Position numbers and translations under genes: made by a program. A DNA stretch of 17,604 bases from a candidate division WOR-3 bacterium (lineage in GTDB: Bacteria; Hydrothermota; Tepidihabitantia; Tepidihabitantales; Tepidihabitantaceae), in assembly GCA_965649205.1 (NCBI GenBank), contig CBFGJV010000033.1, positions 1-17,604 of the forward strand, in the 5' to 3' direction. Position 1 is the first letter of the stretch; every line of letters begins with the position of its first letter. This document shows positions 8,750-16,844 of this stretch, piece after piece. The notes under the pieces were generated by a model. It made no database searches. It worked only from the letters and a program-made list of their open reading frames with translations, and had not been told where the DNA came from.

Positions 8750-9205
8750 CTGCTCAGTTTCCATACGGCTGACGCGGCCGCCACAGTAGAGCTGGGCCGC
8801 CGGCTGGCGCAGAAGCTCAAAGCCGGGGATGTGGTCGCCTTCTATGGCGATTTGGGAGCAGGTAAGACTACAATGATCAAGGGTATCTGCGCCGGCTTGG
8901 GTGTAAGCGATACGGTGAAAAGTCCGTCGTTTGTCATAGTCACAGAGTATCAGGGAAGGTTGCCGGTGTACCACATAGACTTGTATCGTCTGCAAGGGAC
9001 CAGTAGCGAGCTGGAAGGTATTGACCTGGAAGGTTACCTGGAAGCCGGAGGAATATGTCTGGTGGAATGGGCCGAACGGGCAGAGTCCTTTCTGCCGCAG
9101 AGTGCCATCAGGGTGCGGTTGGCTCTGGAAGGCCGGGGACGACGCATTGAAATTGAGGGCGACGAGAGCCTGTCCTTGACACCAGAAAGCGACGATATAA
9201 GCTAG
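8750..9205 (+). CDS. tsaE: tRNA threonylcarbamoyladenosine biosynthesis ATPase TsaE (YjeE), probable CTG start
   Basis: GDLGAGKTT, VKSPSF, YHIDLYRL, LVEWAE. The frame extends upstream of GTG 8831 through a typical N-terminus (SFHTADAAATVELGRRLAQKLKAGD). SD AAAGGAG at 8735-8741 lies 8 nt before CTG 8750; 151 aa. Confidence 0.9.
   Translation: MLSFHTADAAATVELGRRLAQKLKAGDVVAFYGDLGAGKTTMIKGICAGLGVSDTVKSPSFVIVTEYQGRLPVYHIDLYRLQGTSSELEGIDLEGYLEAGGICLVEWAERAESFLPQSAIRVRLALEGRGRRIEIEGDESLSLTPESDDIS
9176..9203 (+). promoter_or_regulatory. Internal glnA promoter inside the tsaE 3' end (probably leaderless)
   Basis: TTGACA(9176-9181)-N16-TAAGCT(9198-9203); ATG 9212 follows after 8 nt with no SD. Confidence 0.65.
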
Positions 9206-9211
9206 GCCATT

Positions 9212-10597
9212 ATGGTGCAAGAAGTAACGAATCTGGCGCAGCAGAAAAAGGTCAGGTTTCTGGATTTGAAGTACACAGACTTGCCGGGTCGCCTGCGGCA
9301 TGTGACCCTGCCTATCGAAAGGCTCAAGAAAACAGTAAGAGAAGGCGTGGGATTTGACAGTTCTTCTGTAGCCGGATTCCGCAGCGTGGAAGCGGGCGAT
9401 ATGATTCTGAGGCCGGACCTGGAGACGGCTGTATTAGACCCCTTCTGCGAGCAGCCCACGATTTCCTGTTTTGCCCAGATATACGACCCGGATACGGGAA
9501 AACGTTACGAACGCGACCCCCGCTTCATTCTGGAAAAGGCGGTTGCCAGTCTGGAGCAGGCGGCGGCGGCAGAGCAGGTGATGGTGCGACCGGAGTTTGA
9601 GTTCTATCTTTTCAACCGGGTGGAGTTCTGGACCGATCAGGTCTCTGCTGTCTATCGAGTGGAAACAGAAGAGCTGCGTCACGACGACCATACCGGGCTC
9701 GCGCTTTTCAAGGGTCCGGCCTACCATGTGGCACCGCCTTTTGACCGCAGCGCCAATTTTCGCAGCGAACTGGCTATGCTCATGGCCGATTGCGGAATAC
9801 CGGTCAAGTATCACCACCACGAAGGCGGCAGGTTTTCCCAGGTAGAAGTGGAACCTTCTTATCTGCCGGCAATGCGGGCGGCGGACAGCATAGTGCTGGC
9901 CAAGTATCTGGTGCGCAACCTTGCCTTCCGGCACGGTCTGACCGCCACCTTTATGCCTAAACCGATATACAACGAGCCTGGTTCAGGAATGCATATGCAC
10001 CTATTCCTTGCGGGCCGCAACGGTTCTCTGTTCGGAGACAAAAAGAAGAAGGACGGGCTATCAGCCCTGGCCCGGCATTTTATTGGCGGCATTCTGGAGC
10101 ACGCGCCCAGTCTTTGCGCTTTGACTAACCCCAGCACCAATTCCTATCGCCGACTGGTGCCCGGATTTGAAGCTCCGGTTTATGTTTTCTTTTCTTTGGC
10201 CAACCGCACCGCAGCCATCAGGATCCCGGGATACGTTACCTCTGCGCGGGATATGGCGATTGAATACAGGATTCCAGATGCGACCGCCAATCCCTATCTT
10301 TGTGTGGCGGCAGTGCTTCTGGCCGGTCTGGACGGCATCAGAAAGAAAATAGACCCGGGCGCGGCGTTTGAGGGAAAACCGGAACAGTTCTCTCCCCAGG
10401 GTCAGGAACTTAAAGCTCTGCCCGGTTCGCTGGAGGCGGCGCTTTTAGAGCTGAAAAAGGACCGGGACTATCTCTTAGCAGATGGAGTGTTCACAGCCGA
10501 CACTCTGGACAAATGGGTGGAAATGAAACTGACAGAGGCTGACGCTTTGGCAAAACGTCCCCATCCCTGGGAATACAACCTGTATTACGGCTGCTAG
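9212..10597 (+). CDS. glnA: Type I glutamine synthetase
   Basis: FDSSS, EFEFY, HHHE, TFMPKP, GSGMHMH, NSYRRLVPGFEAP, NRTAAIRIP, IEYRIPD and C-terminal PHPWEYNLYY. Confidence 0.95.
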   Translation: MVQEVTNLAQQKKVRFLDLKYTDLPGRLRHVTLPIERLKKTVREGVGFDSSSVAGFRSVEAGDMILRPDLETAVLDPFCEQPTISCFAQIYDPDTGKRYERDPRFILEKAVASLEQAAAAEQVMVRPEFEFYLFNRVEFWTDQVSAVYRVETEELRHDDHTGLALFKGPAYHVAPPFDRSANFRSELAMLMADCGIPVKYHHHEGGRFSQVEVEPSYLPAMRAADSIVLAKYLVRNLAFRHGLTATFMPKPIYNEPGSGMHMHLFLAGRNGSLFGDKKKKDGLSALARHFIGGILEHAPSLCALTNPSTNSYRRLVPGFEAPVYVFFSLANRTAAIRIPGYVTSARDMAIEYRIPDATANPYLCVAAVLLAGLDGIRKKIDPGAAFEGKPEQFSPQGQELKALPGSLEAALLELKKDRDYLLADGVFTADTLDKWVEMKLTEADALAKRPHPWEYNLYYGC

Positions 10598-10871
10598 CGT
10601 TCTGTATATTCTGCGACACGCAGACTAGCTTACCATGCCGTCCGCCGGTTCAGGCGGAAAGCAGCACACCGGTCCAAGAAGCAATTGACTCCGAAACAGC
10701 CGGGACGGGCAGGGAGATAAACCAGATGCCCGGCTCTGAGATAGGAAGCTTCCCTGTCAGTTGACTTTGCGACAGTATGAGTAGCCGTATTAGCCCCCTG
10801 CCATACCGCTGACTCTGCGGTGCAGATTACAGCCTAGAAGTCAGGTGTATAGACAGGTGAGAGAACGACCC

Positions 10872-10909
10872 GGGGAACGGCTGGGGGAGCTGGGGAGGGG
10901 GTGGAAGGG
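10872..10909 (+). other. G-quadruplex-forming motif in intergenic gap
   Basis: GGGG-aacggct-GGGGG-agct-GGGG-a-GGGGG-tggaa-GGG: five G-runs with loops of 1-7 nt. Confidence 0.5.
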
Positions 10910-10967
10910 TAATCTGTGTAACTTGTTATCCGAGAAGAAGATATGTCGGAGAAACCGTTTTCCGGCG

Positions 10968-10989
10968 TAATACTCAGGAGTATTATTTT
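10968..10989. promoter_or_regulatory. Perfect inverted repeat (weak terminator or protein-binding site)
   Basis: TAATACTC-AG-GAGTATTA (10968-10985) followed by TTTT, between convergent genes. Confidence 0.45.
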
Positions 10990-11040
10990 CCGGTGAGAAC
11001 TTCAGGGTCGGGGGCGGCTGGCGAGACAGTCAGTTACGGC

Positions 11041-11769
11041 TCAGAGACGTTTGAGGATGAATACGAACTGGTATCCGTAGCGCAAGGGAAGCAGTGCCCA
11101 GACCAGTTTGAAGAGCAGCGCTCTGACTATCTTCAGGGGATTAGCGCTGGCAAAGGGCCGGATCTTTTTCATCGGCCAGCGGTCCTGGCGGACCCGCAGG
11201 AGAGAAAATCCGTGGCGCAGAAAAAGAGCCTGCCATTCTTCCAAGGTCTGCAGATGTTCGTTTATGTCCTGCTGCTCGGTGCCGGGTTTGCCAGCTACCT
11301 TCCAGCCAAGAAAGCGCGAGTTGGGCACCATAATGCAGAAGCGCGCATCAGCTCGTGCCACCCGTTTCATCTCGGCCAGGCCTTTTTCCATATCCAGAAA
11401 GTGTTCCAGGGAACCTAGACAACAGATATAGTCAAAGCTGTTGTCCGCAAAAGGCAGGGCTTCGGCCGAGGCGACTCTTATATCAGATTCAGGCGATACC
11501 TGCCGGGCGAGTTTCACGGCTTCTTCGGATATGTCCACGCCTGTGGTGATAAGGCCGCGGTCAGCCGCAGCCCGCAACAGATAGCCGGTGCCGCAGGCAA
11601 TATCCAGCAAAGACCTGCCGGGCTGCACATCCAGGTCGTCCAGAAACACGGGGTAAGCATCAGGGGTGCGCATGGCGTTGAATCCCCGGTTGGCATAGCG
11701 GCGGTTGTACCAGCTCTTGATTTCCTGGGCAGTGGGCTGGTGTTGGCGGCTGGTGTCAGGTTCAGACAT
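11041..11769 (-). CDS. Class I SAM-dependent methyltransferase
   Basis: LLDIACGTG (motif I), GVDISEEAV, AEALPFADNSFD, SLEH. ATG 11769 overlaps the yfhO stop by 8 nt and is preferred over 11814. Confidence 0.9.
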   Translation of the reverse strand: MSEPDTSRQHQPTAQEIKSWYNRRYANRGFNAMRTPDAYPVFLDDLDVQPGRSLLDIACGTGYLLRAAADRGLITTGVDISEEAVKLARQVSPESDIRVASAEALPFADNSFDYICCLGSLEHFLDMEKGLAEMKRVARADARFCIMVPNSRFLGWKVAGKPGTEQQDINEHLQTLEEWQALFLRHGFSLLRVRQDRWPMKKIRPFASANPLKIVRALLFKLVWALLPLRYGYQFVFILKRL

Positions 11770-14242
11770 GGCTGGTTTTGCGGCGAGAAGTCCGGTTGCC
11801 AAGCCACCACACAATCAGGGTCAGGGCGAGGAAGACAAGAGAGGCAAGGGTGGCAATTCCTCCCAGTGTGTACCAGCGGGCGTCGTAACGGAAGCTTACC
11901 ACGTGTTCGCCAGCAGGTACAGGTACTGCCCGGAAGGTATGGTAAGCGCGCAGGACCGGAACGGGTTTCTGGTCAACAGTGGCTTTCCAGTCCGGATGGT
12001 AGTTTTCGCTGAGAATCAGCAGCGCAGGGGTGGAGGAGCGATAATGAACTGTGATGGCGTTGCAGTCGTATTGCGTTATTTCGGCAGAGCCAAAGAAAGA
12101 GTCGGGCGGGGAAGTAAATCCGGGATTGTCATAGAGCAGGGCGGTCCGCGCAGGGTCGAATCCGGGGTCCATCAGCCGGGATATGACCTCGTCTTTGCCC
12201 GGAAGCAGTTCATAACCCGAAACGAGAAAAGCTCGCGGCAGGCAGGAAAGATTCTCATAGATGGCATAACGTCTGCCCTGAAAGACTGGTATGAACCGGG
12301 GTTGGCTGAAGTAGGCACGCAGCTGGGCGATGATGTCCTGGGTGCGTTGGTCGTAACCGGAGACGTTTTCGGGCAGAGGGACTGTGATTATGTATTTCAC
12401 ATTGGCCAGGTTCATGAAGTTGGGCTGGAGCAGGTTGCCCGCAGCAAAGAGTACGCTGGAGCCGGCGCCGATGAAGTCCTGATAGCTTTGCAACGGGTTA
12501 GGCATCTGGCCGCCGGTGGAGTGGATGCCGTTGAGCATCAGAATGCCGTCGTCCGAACGTTCATAATTCAGCGGCAGAACCCGGTAAAGCGTAGTGTCAT
12601 TCTGGAGGAAGGCGCATACCTCATCTGGAGCAAAGTATTCGGCAGGCCGGGCCGTTCCCCGGATGTAGCCTTTTTCGCTGTCCCAGAGACGGAGACTTAT
12701 CCCTATGTCCAGAACCATAAGGCAGGCGGCCAGTACGGAAAAAGAGAGGGGCCGAAGCAGTCCGCGACTGAGCAGCCAGATGAGCAGGAACCCGCCGATA
12801 GCGAATACGGAGGCGAGCAAAAAACCATTGACCAGCGCCGGGTAATGAGCAGAGAGCGCGGCCAGTTTGTTTTCGGTCTGGACAGTGCCGGAGCGGAGCA
12901 GGGCAAGCATCGGCTCCCTGAGGGCAGCAAAGAGCAGAAGCAGCAGGGTGAAGGCAGAAGAGCCGATAAGGGCCGGTTGGATGGCTTTGCCCGCGGCGGT
13001 GCGGTCCTGCAGCTGACGGAACAGATAATCCAGTCCGAGTCCGGCAAGGACTACAATGGAAAAGGCGCAGGCGAAGAATATCATCGCCGGTCCGCGAAAC
13101 TTGGAGACGCCCGGGAACAGATAGTAGGGTATGTAGTAGAGAGGGGTATTACCTCCCCAGGCAAGCAGAAGGGTGGCAAGGAAGGAGAACGTGAAAAACC
13201 GGGTGAATCTGTCCTTCCAGCGACGGAATACGGCTATCAGGGCGCAGAGCAGGGGCAATATGCCCAAGTATTCAGAGTGGAGCTTGAAGGGGTTTTTGCC
13301 CCAGTAGGCATCCAGTCCGCCTGAAAACCGGGGCGAAATCAGGTCTAGGGTTTCTATGATGGGCAGAGACCACGAGGTGGCGTATTCGTATCCCCGCTCG
13401 CTGCCGCGAGAGGCATAGGGCATATTCTGCATTATGGGTAGATACTGGACAGCGCACAGGGCGGCGGCAAACCCTAGGCTGAAAAGGAAGAATCCCACCA
13501 GCTTCAGTCCGGCGGCAGCATACCGGGTCTGGCGAACAAGGTTGATCAGTTGAAACAGGAAGTAGGCGGTGAGGACTAGCCCGGTGTAATAAACCTTCTG
13601 AATATGGCCGGAAAGCAGCTGCAGTCCGAGTATGAGGCCGGTGAGTACAAAATAGGCAAATTTCTGTCGGGTCATTCCCCGGTGTAGGAAGAAGAGCGCC
13701 AGCGGCAGAAGTGCAGAGCCGATAAGGCGGCCGTCGTGGCCGGCAAAGGTGAGAGTGACAAGACTGCCGGCAAACATATAGGCCACGCCAGCCAGGAAAG
13801 CGGGTATGACACCGGTCCTCAGTTCTCTGACAAAAAGATAGGTTCCCAGTCCGGCCAGAGAAAGGTGGAACACAAAGGTCCAGGTCCATACCACATGCAC
13901 CGGCAGGACCAGGCGGGCAAGAAGAGTGGGGTAGAAAAGGTCGGCGAAGAAAGCCGCGCCTGTAGGTTGCCCGGACAAGATTGCGGGCATCCAGTAGGCA
14001 ATCCAGCCGTGTGCAGAGATATAGCGGGCCATAAATTCCCTGATGGCATATCCGCCTGCTCCCAACCAGTCCGTGCCGTAGAGCATATTATTTCCAAACA
14101 GATACTTGTAATAGAAAACAAGCGGCAAGAGAAAGAAAACCAGAACCGCAATTCTGCCCAGGGTTTTTTCCGCAAGCTCAGCCGGGGCAGAAGGTTTTCT
14201 AGCGATTGTCTGAGGCTTGACAGCGGTTTTCTTTGCAGGCAT
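11762..14242 (-). CDS. YfhO-family multi-pass membrane protein (GT-C-fold glycosyltransferase-like)
   Basis: 826 aa with many TM segments; W.P.ILSGQP...FYP, GH.Q..YY, YLGILP, KFRGP, LPRAF and C-terminal SENYHPDWKATVD...FRAVPVPAGEHVVSFRY plus a final TM; SD GGAGG. Confidence 0.88.
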   Translation of the reverse strand: MPAKKTAVKPQTIARKPSAPAELAEKTLGRIAVLVFFLLPLVFYYKYLFGNNMLYGTDWLGAGGYAIREFMARYISAHGWIAYWMPAILSGQPTGAAFFADLFYPTLLARLVLPVHVVWTWTFVFHLSLAGLGTYLFVRELRTGVIPAFLAGVAYMFAGSLVTLTFAGHDGRLIGSALLPLALFFLHRGMTRQKFAYFVLTGLILGLQLLSGHIQKVYYTGLVLTAYFLFQLINLVRQTRYAAAGLKLVGFFLFSLGFAAALCAVQYLPIMQNMPYASRGSERGYEYATSWSLPIIETLDLISPRFSGGLDAYWGKNPFKLHSEYLGILPLLCALIAVFRRWKDRFTRFFTFSFLATLLLAWGGNTPLYYIPYYLFPGVSKFRGPAMIFFACAFSIVVLAGLGLDYLFRQLQDRTAAGKAIQPALIGSSAFTLLLLLFAALREPMLALLRSGTVQTENKLAALSAHYPALVNGFLLASVFAIGGFLLIWLLSRGLLRPLSFSVLAACLMVLDIGISLRLWDSEKGYIRGTARPAEYFAPDEVCAFLQNDTTLYRVLPLNYERSDDGILMLNGIHSTGGQMPNPLQSYQDFIGAGSSVLFAAGNLLQPNFMNLANVKYIITVPLPENVSGYDQRTQDIIAQLRAYFSQPRFIPVFQGRRYAIYENLSCLPRAFLVSGYELLPGKDEVISRLMDPGFDPARTALLYDNPGFTSPPDSFFGSAEITQYDCNAITVHYRSSTPALLILSENYHPDWKATVDQKPVPVLRAYHTFRAVPVPAGEHVVSFRYDARWYTLGGIATLASLVFLALTLIVWWLGNRTSRRKTSHV

Positions 14243-15176
14243 TTTTCCTCCAGCGAACGAGCAGGGGAAGGCCGAGAAGGGCCATTCCTGCTTCAGTTAC
14301 GGTAATCCACATACGAGTCAGTCCTGCCGCTATGATAGCCAAAGGCAGGGGCATTACCAGCTTCAATATAAGGGTGAGCACGCCCTCGCGGACTCCCAGG
14401 CCGGCGGGTGCAACCAGAAGCAGAAACCCTATCATCCAGGAGACGGCGAAGCCGCCGATAATGACCGGCAGATACGTAACGGAAAGGGGGTAGAACGAGT
14501 TGATAAGCAACCAGCTGCCTACCCCCTGTAGCGTCCAATCCGCCAGATACATAGTGATGATGAGCAACAACCTCCAGTAGGACAGTTGCAGCGCAAAAAC
14601 TGGCTGGCGGAACCGGGGAAGAACGATTCGTAGCAGACGATTGAGCAGCGGCGGAGAAGCCAGCGCCAGACACGCCGGTACCAGCGCAAAGGACATATAC
14701 AGGGACGAAGGGATTACTGCCCGGGGAATGAACAACACCGCCAGTCCCAGCAGAAGAAGCGCAGCCAGAAGCGACAGCACGATTTCCAGTATCACACTGA
14801 CCATAGTCTTGGCTTCGGAAATGCCTTCCTGGCAGCACAGAGACATTCGTCCGAGGGTGAACCATACCTTGCCCGGGATGTATTTTCCTAGCTGGGTTAC
14901 CGCCAAAATGACGGTGGCGCGCAGGAACGGCAGCTTTTCACCCAGACCGGCAAGGAGGAAACGCCAGGCCCAGCCGTAAAGCGGAAAGTGGAGAAAAATG
15001 AAGATGGCGAATGCGCCGAGCAGGGGCAGGGGATGGAAGCGCAGGTCGGCAAATGGAATCTGGCGCCAGTCGCGGATGAGCCGAGAACCGAGAAAGTAGA
15101 AGCTGCCGACAACTATCAGCGTGCCCAGCACCGGACGTACCCAGCGGGGGAAACGGCGCTTTTGCTCTGCGGTCAC
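14199..15176 (-). CDS. UPF0104 / lysylphosphatidylglycerol-synthase-TM (flippase-like) membrane protein
   Basis: Multi-TM; QLGKYIPGKVW and PAGLGVREG family motifs; GTG start overlapping the upstream TGA. Confidence 0.87.
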   Translation of the reverse strand: MTAEQKRRFPRWVRPVLGTLIVVGSFYFLGSRLIRDWRQIPFADLRFHPLPLLGAFAIFIFLHFPLYGWAWRFLLAGLGEKLPFLRATVILAVTQLGKYIPGKVWFTLGRMSLCCQEGISEAKTMVSVILEIVLSLLAALLLLGLAVLFIPRAVIPSSLYMSFALVPACLALASPPLLNRLLRIVLPRFRQPVFALQLSYWRLLLIITMYLADWTLQGVGSWLLINSFYPLSVTYLPVIIGGFAVSWMIGFLLLVAPAGLGVREGVLTLILKLVMPLPLAIIAAGLTRMWITVTEAGMALLGLPLLVRWRKNACKENRCQASDNR

Positions 15177-16408
15177 TGTGCTGCCGCAACTTTGCGGTAA
15201 ACTTCTCGCAAGCGGCTGATTATCGCCGGCCAGGAGTAGTGCTGCCGCACATGTTCATAACCGGCGTTACCGAGACGGCGGGCAAGCTCAGGGTCAGTGA
15301 GAATCCGGCGCAACGCCTGGGCCAAAGCCGCCGCATCAGCCGGAGGCACCAGAAGGCCGGTCTTTTCGTGTATGACCAAGTCAACGATGCCGCCAAGGCC
15401 GGAGGCGACAACCGGCCGGCGATGGCTCATGGCGTCAATTATGACTACGCCCAATCCTTCGGTATCGCCCTTGGAATCAACTATAGCGGGCAGGATAAAA
15501 GCGTCGCAGTGACGATACAACTCGGTGAGTTCGGCAGAAGATACAAAACCTCGAAAACAGACTAGCGACTCCAGATTGCGTTCGGCAGCCAGTCGGCGCA
15601 GCAGCGGCTCAGCCGGGCCGGTGCCAACGATGTCCAGATGCACTGGCATTTCCTGGGCAAGCAGGGCAACTGCTTCTAGCAGATACGGCACACCCTTGCG
15701 TTCCACCAGCCGGCCGACAAAAAGCAGACGTGCTGGCCGCTTCTTTTCGCTTTCGGCGGTTGTCTGCCGGGTTGTCTCCGCCGCCGGTTCAGTTCCGGCA
15801 GAAGAACCCGGAGATTCTCCCACAGTCGTTCCGTAGGGAACGATGTTCACCGGCCGGTTGCAGATTTCCTGAATTGCCTTTACGGTGTGGCTGGAGTTAG
15901 CCGTGATGGCGGCCGCAGACCTGATAGCCCAGCGCAGAAATGGCCGCAGGAATTTCAAGCCGTGACGCACAACCATCACCTCGGCGCCGTGAAAACTGAT
16001 GACCACCGGTGCCCGGCAGGCCCGGGCCGCAAACCAGCCGAAAAGATAATGGGGCAGAGGCCAGTGCACATGAATTATGTCATAGTGCTGAGTCCGGCAG
16101 TGGCGCCAGACAGCAAAGGAACCGCATAGCAGGTAGCAGACAGCTTTCAGCTTGTTCAGAAGTCCCTTTTTTACCCTATCAACTGCGGTCTCGTCGTGCG
16201 TGAGGTCTTCCCATCTCCGCGGAAAGTAGCGGAACCTGATTACGGGCGTGCCGGCGATAATCTGATTGCCCAGACCCCGATAGGAAGAAGTAAAAACAGT
16301 AATTTCCTCGCCCTGTTCGCGCAAAAGACTTATAGTTTCTACCAGCCAGGGGGTGATTACATCGTTTTCGTTCCGGGGATAGGCGGTTACGATGTACAGT
16401 ATTTTCAT
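15173..16408 (-). CDS. Glycosyltransferase family 4 (GT-B)
   Basis: MKILYIVTAYPR, IIHVHW, FVGRLVERKG, GDTEGLGVVIIDAM (E-X7-D variant). Confidence 0.92.
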   Translation of the reverse strand: MKILYIVTAYPRNENDVITPWLVETISLLREQGEEITVFTSSYRGLGNQIIAGTPVIRFRYFPRRWEDLTHDETAVDRVKKGLLNKLKAVCYLLCGSFAVWRHCRTQHYDIIHVHWPLPHYLFGWFAARACRAPVVISFHGAEVMVVRHGLKFLRPFLRWAIRSAAAITANSSHTVKAIQEICNRPVNIVPYGTTVGESPGSSAGTEPAAETTRQTTAESEKKRPARLLFVGRLVERKGVPYLLEAVALLAQEMPVHLDIVGTGPAEPLLRRLAAERNLESLVCFRGFVSSAELTELYRHCDAFILPAIVDSKGDTEGLGVVIIDAMSHRRPVVASGLGGIVDLVIHEKTGLLVPPADAAALAQALRRILTDPELARRLGNAGYEHVRQHYSWPAIISRLREVYRKVAAAQ

Positions 16409-16445
16409 CGCTGCCCACTCCCCGCAAAGGAAAGGACGAAAACGG

Positions 16446-16703
16446 TCAGGCTAGTTCTCGCAAGCTGCGCACTATCTTGGACTTGAGCCGACGGGCAGTG
16501 TTGCGGTGAATGATGTGGTGACGAGCAGAGCGGTCAATCACAGACTGCACCTTGGGGAGCAGTTTTTCGGCGGTAGCCTTGTCCGGCGCATTCCGGAGTT
16601 CTTTCAAAGCTTTCTTCAATGCCTGTTTTCTGGCGCGGTTGCGTGCCCGACGTCGGGCCGCCTTGCGCGCATTCTTCAGGGCCGAACGGGTTCTTTTGGC
16701 CAA
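16446..16703 (-). CDS. rpsT: 30S ribosomal protein S20
   Basis: Basic 85-aa protein: SALKNARKA..RRARNR, SVIDRSA.HHIIHRNTARRLKSK; SD AAGGAGG then TTG (16703; 16706 is an alternative). Confidence 0.95.
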   Translation of the reverse strand: MAKRTRSALKNARKAARRRARNRARKQALKKALKELRNAPDKATAEKLLPKVQSVIDRSARHHIIHRNTARRLKSKIVRSLRELA

Positions 16704-16761
16704 CAATCCTCCTTAGCGAGTAAGTTTTCCCAGAATCCTGAGCAAAAGATTATTTCCGCAA

Positions 16762-16834
16762 TGCCGGGACACAGAATCGAACTGTGGACACCGTGATTTT
16801 CAGTCACGTGCTCTACCAACTGAGCTATCCCGGC
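16762..16834 (-). tRNA. tRNA-Phe(GAA), CCA not encoded
   Basis: GCCGGGATAGCTCAGTTGGTAGAGCACGTGACTGAAAATCACGGTGTCCACAGTTCGATTCTGTGTCCCGGCA: 73 nt, all four stems pair, anticodon GAA; followed by TTG, not CCA. Confidence 0.97.
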
Positions 16835-16844
16835 CGGCTGCGCA

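Noticed and set aside
7535..10597. Thiolase, tsaE and glnA share one reading frame separated only by TAG codons; with the TAG in mod this hinted at amber recoding or read-through fusion
   Set aside because: The TAGs of thiolase and GlnA fall at family-typical C-termini, tsaE has its own SD and glnA its own promoter. Sharing a frame has about a 1-in-9 chance, and a three-enzyme fusion is implausible.
10645..10672. CAGG...AGCAG resembling SRP RNA helix 8
   Set aside because: No stem and GNRA tetraloop between the two motifs and no long flanking helix.
11705..13324. 539-aa ORF on the + strand
   Set aside because: Antisense shadow of yfhO; no family features.
16740..16834. tRNA-Phe as an integration site
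   Set aside because: No integrase and no duplicated tRNA 3' end seen; rpsT follows directly.
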